Positions 50,811 to 62,824 of a DNA stretch of 64,000 bases are shown piece by piece (positions within the stretch are counted from its first letter, which is position 1; each line of letters opens with the position of its first letter). A program made the position numbers and the translations under genes. Below the pieces are notes generated by a model. It did no database searches, had not been told where the DNA came from, and saw nothing but the letters and a program-made list of their open reading frames with translations. This DNA comes from Parasitella parasitica NRRL 2501 (taxonomy: Eukaryota; Fungi; Mucoromycota). The stretch is taken from contig MU619259.1 of assembly GCA_025201805.1 (NCBI GenBank), positions 105,208 to 169,207 of the forward strand, read 5' to 3'.

Positions 50811-52680
50811 TCAAATTTCCACAGCAAACACGCCACCTTGATCATCACCTACAATACTAGTCTCTGCAAAATGGTAGTGTCCCTGCTTAAGATAATTGTA
50901 GACAGTAGGCTTCAATTTGCTCTGTTTCTTGCTAAATCCGCTTGCTCCTGAATGATGGCCAGTGCCAGTAACAATATAGATGATACCCGAGTACGTAGCC
51001 TTCAAATGAGCGAGTCTTTCATCCACAATATCCATTGCTTCATCCTCGTGCAATCCGTGTAAATCAATAAACGCCTCGTGCTTTGACCTGCTCTCGAAAA
51101 TACGCTGGCTTGCTTCAAAGTGCATTTCCTGCATGAGACGATTGTACTCCTTTGCTTCCATTGAATACAATTTAGCTCTGGCTCCATCCCCCTTTAAATA
51201 ATATTCTGTAGCTTTGCTAAACAGCCTATTTCGAAGCATGCCATACTCGATGGCTTGTTCTCTCTGGGATCGCAAGGGGAAAATGAGCAAACAACAGATT
51301 GTCAATGCAACACCCAACTTACCTCCTTCATGTAAATAGTGTTGAGCGAACTGCCCGTTTCAAGCCATGGTATATGAACAGGTTGGGTCAGCTTTTGATG
51401 GCTGTACTTGTGAGGTCTGTGGAGCAATGACTTTTTGGCAGACGCTGGTTTAGGCGATGGTGCTGTCTTTTTCTTCTTGGCTGCCTCAGCAAAGTTGATC
51501 ACTCTGCCCTTAATCATAGGGCTCTTTTTGATTTTAGCAGCAGACGCCAAGGTTGGGAATTCGTCCTGCTCCTGCTCTTTCACGTTGGATGGGCTTGTAT
51601 TCCATGCTGGCGTCTTTTTGCTGCGGGTTGAACTCAATGCTGGATAATCGCCTTGGTTATAATTCATCGGCTCTTTTTGTTTAGAAGGCTCGGGTAATGT
51701 CATTTTGTTGGCAACTTCCTGGATATCAATGTGATGCGAGAACTCGCAAGAATCGCCCTTTAAACAGCTGCCTTGAAGCCTTTGGGTTTCGGGTTATTAC
51801 ATTGGTAGAGTGCTTGAAATGACAAGATAACTTACCAAAACTTGCATATCTTTTCTTGCAAGTCATGCACAAACCAGCAATCCTTTCGATAACACTCGCC
51901 AGCTAAAAAGTGTCTGCACACCTGTCTTTTCTTGGGCGTATATTCCAAGGTAGTTGTGGTGTCTGATTTTGACGGTAAAGACGTTGTATTTGCGGCTACT
52001 CCCGGTGACGCTTCTGCCGTTTCTTCTGCTGCTTTGATGCTCATCTTTTGAGTCAATAAAGACTCGATGGCTCTGTCTACATCATAATCAAACTTTTCCA
52101 ATGTATTTATCAGCTCTGCATCGCTGACATCGCTGAAAATGGTCTGCATCATTTGCAGCGTCGACATGTCTTCTTCGACATTCTCTTTTGTGGCTTCCTC
52201 GACAGACGGAAGTTCCAATGATAATTTGTTCAGGTCTTGTATCGTAGAGGAATCGTACAATGAGCCGTGATAAAACTGGAGCGTAGGGTCGAATTCCTGC
52301 TCATCTCCACGCGAATAGACCTCAGATCGATCTCTGTGCAGCTGATGCTGGGCAGCCTTTGGCGCCTCCCATATATCTTTGATATTACCACTAGATGTCC
52401 ACTGCACCTCATCGTTTGCTTGTTGTCGTAGTTTGCTAGATGGCGACAGCATCGGGCTATCATCCTCCTCGTCATTAAGTAAGGTGCTGGAAATGAACTG
52501 TTGGCCCAACTCGTTAATATCATCCTCGTCTTCTTTATCAAAAGGATCAAACAGTTTGGATTGCTGCTGCTGTTGAGCTTGGCTGCTTGTTGCAGAAGGG
52601 ATAAAGGATTTTGCTGTTACATTAAACGAGGGATTAAAGAAGCCTTCGCCAGTTGCTTTTGAAGATCTTGATGATTGCAT
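50811..52680 (-). CDS. PAM2-CUE/UBA-2xCCCH-DUF1771-Smr domain protein
   Basis: FNVTAKSFIP (PAM2-like), LEKFDYDVDRAIESLL (CUE-like), CRHFLAGECYRKDCWFVH and CKFWLQGSCLKGDSCEFSH, IDLHGLH and YIVTGTGHHS (Smr). Confidence 0.88.
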
Positions 52681-53331
52681 GGTTATTGCTTGATTTGCAT
52701 TTCATGTCTTGCAACACTTACTTTTCAAATAAATTCAAGGTATTTGCTGACCAATCTGTACGTTGGCTCATTATTTAGTGTAAGTTACTGGGAGGATAAA
52801 CAGGCGAAATGTTCATGATCTCTGTTTGTTTTCTCCCTTTTTTTTTTTGGAGCACAACATCAGCAGGATTTTTTTTTTTTTCCTCTTTTGTGACTATCGA
52901 CGTTTGCAATACATGAATGTCGTTGCGATCCTAGTTGACATCTCATTCATATAAGCGCTGCCACGCTAATGCGTTACCTTGTTAGGAACTGATAAGTTGC
53001 CCTCGTTTGCATGTGTATTACTGTGCATGTAATTAAATGGCTTGGTGCCTTTGGGTTGTTGTGTAATATTTAATTGCAGAACATGTCAACATGCATGGAT
53101 TTCAGTATACAGAGTCTTTCCCTGTTTAAATGTGAAAAAAGAAAAGGACTATACAGCACTATTTCGCTACGGACTATACAATATAGCATTGCTTTTATTG
53201 TTTGGTTTCATTGTTAAAATATATGATGGCTGAATTATGGTACATTTAAAGGAGATGCATGTTGAAAGAGCTAGGAGGGAAATTCTAAAATTCTATGTAC
53301 AGTGATTTTGTGTAAAAGTTCTGCGTCTTGT

Positions 53332-53562
53332 TTAGAAATGAACCATAGCATTTCTTCGTCGAAGGGCATAAACGGGCAGCTCTACCTTGTCGCCCAAGAT
53401 GTCAACGGTTACAGTCAGCCTGGGATTCTCAGAGACGCATTTGTCAACAAATGTCGGTCTCATTTGAGAAAAGGTGACATTCTGATGTACAGGAACATCC
53501 ATGCCAGAAGATGAAGCTTGGTGATGAGTGTAGAAATTATTGCTTGAGAGAACAGTGTTCAT
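53332..53562 (-). CDS. Putative 76-aa small protein ending in LRRRNAMVHF
   Basis: True ATG in AAAAATG context, pyrimidine-rich leader, TATTTATAT about 70 bp upstream, GC content higher than the flanks. No recognised family. Confidence 0.5.
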   Translation of the reverse strand: MNTVLSSNNFYTHHQASSSGMDVPVHQNVTFSQMRPTFVDKCVSENPRLTVTVDILGDKVELPVYALRRRNAMVHF

Positions 53563-54302
53563 TTTTATAGTCGTATAGAGATGTAAAAGGAAGAAGTGTA
53601 AAGAAAATTCATAAACAGGTTTTTGCTTTCATATAAATACGAGAGATGTTTGTTTTGAATCACACGTTCCTTGCCTCTTTGAGTAATTTTGTGTGCAGCT
53701 GTTCTGGTTTTTCACTTGCACAAGGAAATTTGTGTCGGTCAGTGCTCAAGGCTCTCTAAACCAGTTTTGGTGTCGATGAGTTGCATACGTATCATCTCTT
53801 TTGTCGAAATCTGAAATATGGCAAACATCCTTCGCAAATCAGCACACATCTAATAAAGCGTTCGCTGCTGCTACCAATCAACACATTTGTAACCGAGTGC
53901 TCTTTTATTTCCATTGTTGGGAGGACGCCCTTTGTTGTTCTTTGTGTAATATTTGCCGTGTGCGTATACACTTTATGTACTTGTGTTGCATCTGCTGCAC
54001 TGTAATAATAATCCTGCTGAGGCTCTCCAGTCTTTGCTAATTAGCAGTGTCATTGTTTATAATCAATAAACAGGTAAAACCGTTCTCTAAACTGTTTCCT
54101 CCTGCTTTCTATCAAATTGGGCGCAAAGCAGTATTTGTTGTTTGGTGTTGGCGTTTCGTTACGTTGCGAAAGTGGTTTGTGGCACTTTGCTCTACGTGAA
54201 TAAAATAAGAAAGTTCTCAAGCCATGAGGATGTGGTTTTTATTTTTATTTATTTTTATTACATTTCCATAAAATGAATACACCTCGAATTGTAGAAAGTG
54301 AG

Positions 54303-54337
54303 GCATGAGGCATGAAGCATGAAGCATGAAGCATGAA
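54303..54337. repeat. 7-bp tandem repeat GCATGA(A/G) x5
   Basis: gcatgag gcatgaa gcatgaa gcatgaa gcatgaa. Confidence 0.9.
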
Positions 54338-55623
54338 CCCCTTAGTTGGTGTACTTCTTTATTTTTGTTTATCAAACCATTAAATCTTCGCGTTAGACAC
54401 AGCACATCTTTCTTTTGCAGCTCAACCATAAACAATAAGGACCATCCGTGATATAACATTTGGCATTGAACTTACCGGATCCTCATCCTCTTTCGTTCCA
54501 ACAAGCCGGAGGATAACATTGTGCGATTGAGGCTCTGTATGCAATTGTCAATATCAAGGTCGTTGATCAAAACATGACAAACTTCGCACTCCCTCAAAAC
54601 GTGGTATTTATATCAGATAACATGATATTTCCATATAAAGGTTTTATTTCGATTGCTGATCCAATCTAATGGCCCAGCTCACTTGAATTCAGCAATCCTT
54701 TTCATTAAGCAATTTTCAAATTCCTAGCGTGTAATATTCGACAAGACATATAGCTTCCATTTAGCACATGTCAAGCGCATCGTGAATTTTAACCGTCAGT
54801 TATTAGCGCTATCACTCAATTTGGGTATGTTCAAGTCGTTCATTTGGCAGTTGGAGAATAACACGATGAAATATCCTACTATAAAACGTCTTTGATGCTG
54901 TAATTATAGTTGCTTTATTCGCTTTGATGGAACTTGTTTGAAGTCTGAAGCACATCATATAGCCGGTATGGAATAGAGATATTCAAGTTTTGAAGATATG
55001 ATATATGTGCTACGATTTATTTTCTTATAATGACATCCTGTATTACTATCACAATTAAAAATGGTTATATCTATGCGTATGTTAATAAAAATAATTAATA
55101 ACGATATAGGACCATCACAACACTCGCTCAGACTGTTTATATGTTCGAGGGTACATGGCTATGGGAGAGACTATTAAGCCTGGATCCGACAGAACCAATT
55201 ACTAGCCATACAATGCCTAGACAAAAAAATAAAGAACTCGTTATCGACAAAGGGAAAGGAAAGAGAATAATTGTGAGTCAAGAGTATAGCCTTGGTATGG
55301 TAGATAGAATATTCAAATCAGTAGAATCATGTGCACAATTGAGATATTTGATGCCAGGCACAGCACTCCATACCATCACCGCAACCCATTTACAGACTAA
55401 AACTCCATATGACACTCTCGAAATTGGTTAGCTTTAGTTTTTCCTCCAAGATAAGCTTCACGCATATTTAGGATATAACACTCTAACCACATCGTCCAGC
55501 CTTTACGGTTATAACAAGGTTATTTTCTCACTCTTCGTACTGGTATCCCATGTAAATCATAGATGATCCAAATTTACAGCCCACAAGCCTTAAATAATAA
55601 ATTCCTTTACTATAGTTCAGAAA

Positions 55624-57675
55624 TGTATTATGCTAACCCCAGTATGATAATATTGCGTATAAATACATCCCTAAGATGTATTCGTAATAAAGTGTAATTC
55701 TTCTGTCAGATTCATTCTACAGCAACTTTGATAAAACATTAACGTTGCTTTCAGTAGTCATACTCGTGACTACAGTCAACATTGGTAAGTTACCGGCTCC
55801 ACCCCCCCCCCTCGATGTTTGAACAACAATCTTCGAGATTAGCTAAATGAATACTTGAATATATTCAACTACTAGGGCGTATTGGAAAGCTCTCAAGTCG
55901 GCTATTATAGGTCGATATGGTGCACCCAAGGAACAACTTAGGTTCGAAAGAATCAGAGAGTTTTTGAATTGTGCTAAACACGACACTGAATTTGTCGTTA
56001 GCTTTCTTGAGCGCTTTCAAGGATTTGAAAGCCAAGTCGGGTATCAAGGATAAGCGCGTTGTGGCCAAGATCTTCTTTGATGCCTTTTCAGAGTCGACCT
56101 CTAGCCTAATCATGGTGGCGATGAGTCAAGCTCAAGAATTGTCATTTTATGACATTGATTATGTCTCTGCTGTGGCAAGACGATTAGACATGGCTGAAAA
56201 GACGGTGAAGCCAAGCAATGCGGCAGCTGGAAGCAAACGCAGTGCTGAGAATATTCCGGTTTCGTATAAAGCAAAGAAATCTCGGTACGCACCTGCTTCT
56301 GACTCTCGAGCTGGTACCTCGTTCTTTTCTTCTTCGTCTGATCGCAATTCAAAGCTTTCAAAGTTTGGCAAGACATTTGCTCAACATGTTACTGACGGTC
56401 TTTGCTTTACGTGCAATCGCACGTACAGTAAAGGACATCGCTGTGCTACTGCTGTTCGCACCGTTAGTCCTGGTGATGCAACTAGCAGCAGGAAGGTTTT
56501 ACGTGCAATGGGTACCAAGAAAAAACCCAAAAACACAATTGATGCTGTCGTAAAAGCTGCTTTGCTTTCTGTTCGTGTTGATGAGGCCCTGTCAACTAGG
56601 AAAAAGGCTTCTTCGTCCATTGCTGACCCCACTCCTACTGTGGAACATTCGGTGATGAATGGTAAAAGTGCTGCCGGTGAAGATGTTGTCATGAATGAGA
56701 TTCATGACACAAATGGTGGTACTACTGATGATGAATACGACGCCGAATCTGACTTAATAGAAAGGGCTCAGGCTGTTCTTGTTAATGGCATGTCAAATGT
56801 ATCTGTTGATGATGTGCTGCAAAACATTTTTGCTCAGCAATGTAAGTTCGATGCTGTATTCAGTGCTCCTCCTGCTATGCGTACCAATTCTATTTTTGTG
56901 TTCCTATTGTGGTTCAGAATATAATTTGTTTCGGATTGGTATATACGGGTGCAACCTTTAGTTGCATAACTGACGAGTTCTTTCAATTTCTAGGAGGAAC
57001 ATCTCTTGCAACATATCAAGAAAACAACGACGAAAGTGTTGTTCAGTTGGCTCATGAAGTTACTACTGTCCCAAGAATTGGTGCGGTAGACCTTTCAATC
57101 AGCTACAATAATTTAATAAAAACCATTACTCTGAAGAAAACGATCATGTATTGCTTGGCATGGATATATTATCCAAGCTAGACATTAGACTTAATGATTT
57201 ACTCAGTCAACGTGGGTTCGAAACGGGCCCTCGTATCCCAGATCATATCGATGACACCGTTAAGCCTAATGAAGATACTTTTCGCAGTGGTGGTGAAAGA
57301 GAGCCTTTCATTGCTGCACCGAAGGAATTGTTAGACGAAAACTCGCAGATTGACATGAAAAATACACAGTGCAATTTACCTGACTCCATTATAAAGCTCA
57401 ACACTAGGCCTGGTGTTATTGCTTGGAGAGCACACTGCCCATTACCTGAAACTTTTCGAGATGCTGTCGCAAAGCAAATTCAGATATGGCTTGATGAAGG
57501 GGTAGTTGAATGATCTGCTAGTCATCCTCGCTTCAATCATCCATTGTTGGTGCTTAAAAGGAAAGACACTGATGGCAATTACAGTATGCCTAAGCCTCGT
57601 GTGGTTTGCGACGTGCGTAAGTTGAATGCTATCTTGGAGGTGAATGACAAGCAACAACTACCATTGATTTCCGAT
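55624..57675 (+). mobile_element. Degenerate, 3'-truncated Ty3/Gypsy LTR retrotransposon (candidate 5' LTR, gag, protease, start of RT)
   Basis: Gag knuckle CFTCNRTYSKGHRC; protease GLVYTGATFSCI (DTGA decayed) and LGMDIL; RT N-terminus AVAKQIQIWLDEGVVE*...FNHPLLV...PRVVCDVRKLN...LPLI. Frameshifts and stops throughout; no YxDD, RNase H or integrase. Confidence 0.85.
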
Positions 57676-60600
57676 TCTACTTCAAACTATAAATTATTGC
57701 GATGTCTTTAGTTCTTAACTGTAGCAGATATATAGAGGCCGTCAAACTATATAGTCTTTTGCACAGAAGCATTAAATTATTCTCTTTAAATAACTGCATG
57801 CAATGTTATGCTTAGTACTTACTCACTTTCACTAGTTTTACGCAAAAAGGTTCTTCTCAAAAGTTATTCACATAGTTAAATATGTAAACAAATCCGTTTA
57901 AAATAACCTACTCTCTATTTTGATTAATTTTATAGGATGTGAAGAATAATGACAGTGACACATCCAAAAACTAATCAACAAAAAGCTATACACGGTATCA
58001 TAGGAGATAACCACAAAGAGGCACGCAAAAGATGAGTATACTCATCTACGGCATGCTTCTCTTCTAGCCCGCTGTTTAACTTGAGAGCTGAGCTGAAGGG
58101 CCAGAGTGTGTTACGAGAATGTTTTGAATTTAGGAGAGATCAAATTTATGTCGTATACATGTATTCAACATTATTGGTCACATTAATCATAGTATCAATC
58201 ATGTCAAAGTTAACATCAAGCATTCTTTTGATCAAACTGTCATATAATTAACCTTTTCAAGAACATCTGATTTTCATTATCAAGCATGATGTGCAAAGAT
58301 TATCAATCAAGTCTTGAAAAATAAACATTCGACAAAAACTGCATTATAGTAACTCATTATTAACAACAAAAGTTTGGTGTATCGTGAAAATTTATAAAAG
58401 CTGTTATGATATTCGTCTGGTGAGCCAGTTTAGCCTTAGAATCAATAGCAATTGAAAGAATGGTCTGCTGCCTGTAACTACGCATTGATTTCTAAATACT
58501 CTCTACAACCTTTGTTTATCACGATGTGGCCTTCAGTATGGTTGTAATTTGATACTAAGCACCTGATCCTTTCGTTATACGGACGATGTTTGCACTATAT
58601 AACTCTCATTTTGCACTATCTTTTTCAAGTCAAATCCTATGCTTTTATTAGATCAAATCTTTACATCTTACATCCATTTTCCATGATGTCGATTTTATCA
58701 AGTGAATAAATAGTGCAATAAGCATAGGCAAAGTATGCATATATGTCTCAACAAATATGTGCCTTATTCTGTTTGTATCTATAACAATATTAAACGGTCT
58801 TCCCAGTCCATTTTTTTGAGGATCGATCTTGTGATCATGCATCGCATGGATACAAACTATTGAATGCTTCGTCTAGGAAAGAGTATATCGCCGCAAGTGT
58901 ACAAAATTTCGTTAGGAATAAGTGATACATGCAATTGTTTCAGCCTTCAGAACCCTGCATGGACATTCAAGTATGACGAAAGTGACCTTAACATCAGCGC
59001 CACGATGGCGATTTGATCAAAGTAGTAAGCGACAGTCAAAGTACCTTACTGGCATTAAACCGAGTGCTTTAGACACTTTTTCTTTGATGAAATATCTAGC
59101 ATTTGTTCATAGTTCGTATTACATATACAGTATAACATCGTCGTAGTGGTCATCGTCTCCAGGACATCTTTGTACGGTAGTACAACATATTTCGGAATCA
59201 TTTACAGTCAGCGGGTCTTCCGTGAAAGGCCTCTGGTGACCTGTCTGTTTTCATTATTTAACATTTTCATTGTATACATATACCAGTGCATGCCAAAAGC
59301 CAAAAAAAAAATGAAAAGAAAAGAAAAGATATTCAGTATTATATTAAGATGTGTATGTGAACAGCTAATTTTTCGTCAAAATTCGTCACAGATGTGCATT
59401 TGATTATTTCTTCTGCCTGGCATGCGTTTGGAGCTTCGATTGCATCAATTTGATTGTTTGAATCGGGCATGCAACAGATTTTTAGATTTACTGTACATTA
59501 CATGTACATGTAAAACTTTCATGATCAGCGAGTGCGATTAAACCAACTTATTAACCTGAGAAAACAAAGCTCGAGGCTTGATTTTAATATGGGACAAGAC
59601 AAGCATATATTACAATTAATGTATCGAATGAATGAGTAAATTGAGAGTGAGCGATGGCAAAATTATATTGATCAATATCCAAGTTTTTTGAATTGCATAA
59701 AAGACTGTATCATTATTAAAAAAGCCGGGCGAGGAGGGGGTGGAAGGGAAACTGTCCTATAAGAGAGATGTTGAATGCAAAATTCATATCTTAATACTGC
59801 TTTCGCGATTTAATTAATCATAGTATTGTTAGTATAAAAAAACAAAGCCGCAAAGCAACTGCTGTCTAGATAATGCAATAAAAGGAAAAATGATTTGCGC
59901 ACTTGGATTGTACAACGCACTCGTGAAAATGTCATATGAGACTGATAACTATCGTCGATAGATGCCCCATGTATTTATCGTCATCTTTATTACTATTTGT
60001 TTGATAAACAATCAGGCATGCGTGTTTCGGGCAGGAAGTTTACTGACGGCACGAGAGTTTGTTGTCAGAATTGCTATGTAAATTTATGATGGCATGACAA
60101 GCAAACTGTTTCCAGATTTATCAGGCACAAACTACTGCAGATATATTCTTAATGTAAAGGAAAAAACCAAGGGATAATGTGTAATATATAATCAACTGAA
60201 AAACCACCTACATAAAACATGCAACGTACATGTATATACAAACAAATCTCTAACTGGAAGTTGCTATAACACAGAGGCAGAAATTATATGCGATTTATTC
60301 TTACTCATTCCACATTCATGTATCTATCGTCACTGTCGTCATGTTGTATGTTTATACATGAAAAACCGAGCATTTTTCATCATGTCAATTTGTTTACTGC
60401 AAATCACGTCTGACCTGCCCAACAAAAACATGTATACTCACTACAACCACTAAATAAGCTATTATTGTAGTATCCAGCCAAGAATCATATAGGAGAGATG
60501 ATCCCATTCGCAGATGTGTGTTTATATTTGGTGGTGAAATAAAGCATGATCTCCCCTTCAGATATAATTTGAATGAGACCAAAGAGCAGCTTTTGTGGGA

Positions 60601-62041
60601 TTATTATGCAAAATTTCTGATTAGAAAGCTCATTCCTTTCCCCCCACATGTTGGATAAAGGATGATTCCATTTTATTTTCATACTGACTGTCTGCAGTAC
60701 TGTCTTATATAATTAACGTGGATTTCGCTCTTGTCGAGCACAAGAAATATATAAAACGTGATTTTAACACCAATGTATTACATGTAACGGATCAGGTTTT
60801 TCGTTATATATTTCAGAGCATTCATTATTTCGCGCTAAAAAAGGGATCGAAAGGGGACATTAATTTATACAAGCCTTTCATTGCCCGGGCGCATGAGACT
60901 ATTACTTGTAACGAGTTTTTAAAATTGAGAAAAGAGGGTGTGTTATCGTAGAATTTGAAGCGAAAAAGAATAAGAACAAAGAAAGTCGCTTGTGCGCTAT
61001 TATTTGAAGCTTATTTGTTATACCATGACATTTTGTTTGCCTTCTTGATAAGCACTTTCAATTTGAGGTCTTTTTTGGTGCTGTAAACAAACAGAAAAAT
61101 GATCTACTGCTGGCATAAGGTGCTGATTCTGTTTACAATAGTATCACGCGACATTCCATAAAGTCATCTTTATATCATATCGATAATTCCTTTTTTTTTA
61201 AGATGCCCCATCAGTGTCAATTTGATACATCTAATATAAACATCGTATTTCATGTGTCTGAGTCAAGAGACAATCAAGGGGAAAGGCAGGAGACGACGTT
61301 TGAGAGAGAAGGGGGCGCTGAGTTGAGCTGAGCCGACTCGACACTGCTATTGAGTTCGACTTTACAGACGTATATATTTGTAAAGAGGAGTGTCGTTTTG
61401 GTTCTACAATGATTGATGCACAAAAGCAAATATATCAGCATCACAAGAAAGGCAGCAACACAACAATAGTAGCAGCATCACACCTTGCCGTTTGGTTGAA
61501 ACATGCCCCGATTACAGTTTCGTTAGGTTTAAAGCCCAATGTAATAAAATAAATTTACCAAGGGGGAGCCTAATATAACATCTATATATCAAGAAGCAGA
61601 ATATAAATCAAATGGGAGGGAGAGGGGGGGGGTGAGGTTATTATTAGGTATCAAGGGGATATACAAACTGCAAAACACACTGCAAGTGCAACAACAACAA
61701 ACTACACAACAAAGAATATCAAAAAGTCAATTATGCTAATTACTGCAGGTGGTTTCGGCATGACTAGAGCCAGACCAGCAAAATGTGAAGTGTTTATTTT
61801 TATTGTGGGCCGTCAGATCTGTGCTATTCTAAGCTCCCCTTCACCCTTCACTTGATACAATAACCTACCATCTCCTTCTTTCCATCCCTGTAAAAAAAAT
61901 GTATAAAAAGATCCAACATTTCACCCCAACTTCGATTATTTCCTCAGTTTCATTTCTCTCTCTCTTTTTTTTTGCCACCCAAATCTTAATAATACTTGGA
62001 ATAACACCATCGGCAAAAAATAATAATAATAATATAATACA

Positions 62042-62543
62042 ATGAAGGTCCAATTTATATTCACTTTTTTGGTTGTGCTAATTGCCATCGCCAATGCCAA
62101 ACCACTCAAAGAAAGAGGTTTAGCTGGAGATTTGGTCAAGACTGTCAAGAAATTGCTTTTCCATGGTATTGGTACCTTTTTCGATCCTGAGACCGAAGGT
62201 GGTTCTCAAGGTGCTTGTGGCCCCTATGCCGATGAGAACTCACAGATCGTTGCCATGAACCGTCATCAATATGGTAACTTGAATAAGAAGAGCCATTGGT
62301 GTGGAAAGAAGCTCAAGATTTGCCACAAAAATAAGTGTACTATTGCCACAGTAACTGATGCTTGTCCTGGATGTGATGAAGGTAAATATTTACATACATG
62401 ATCTACACTACACACGCACTAACTATTAATAAATAGGCTGCTTGGATCTCACTCCTGCTGTTTGGGGCCAACTTGAACATGATTTCAACAAGGGTATTAT
62501 CCCAATTGAGTGGGAAGAATGGAAGGGTGGCGATGACAAATAA
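62042..62543 (+). CDS. Secreted RlpA-like double-psi beta-barrel (expansin/loosenin-like) protein
   Basis: Signal peptide, GTFF...GACG, IVAMN, WCGKKLKI, TVTDACPGC, intron, then LDLTPAVW...GIIPIEW...DDK*. Confidence 0.9.
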
Positions 62544-62824
62544 AGTAACCGCCAACTTCTGTCGTCCGCTTGTTTATCTCCCTATTTCTTTATAACAACT
62601 CCTGTTCCTGGAACCCTCATCTCCTTCTAACATCCTCTATATGGCTCTCTAGCACATTGAGTTTTACATGTATTAGTACAAAAACCCCCCCTTATAGTGT
62701 ATCAACTCTCTCTTCTCGTCTCATCTATTTTACATATACTAGTAAATTATAATTTTAACATCGCAAAACAATTATGTCGTGTCTTATTGCAGTACATCTG
62801 CCTTGTTCGTTTTATTATGTATCA

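Noticed and set aside
55141-55431. 96-aa ORF and an antisense VMVWSA word resembling a Tc1 transposase motif
   Set aside because: No downstream DDE motifs or TIRs; probably chance.
58600-59150. LIPNEIL F-box-like word on the minus strand
   Set aside because: An isolated short match interrupted by stops.
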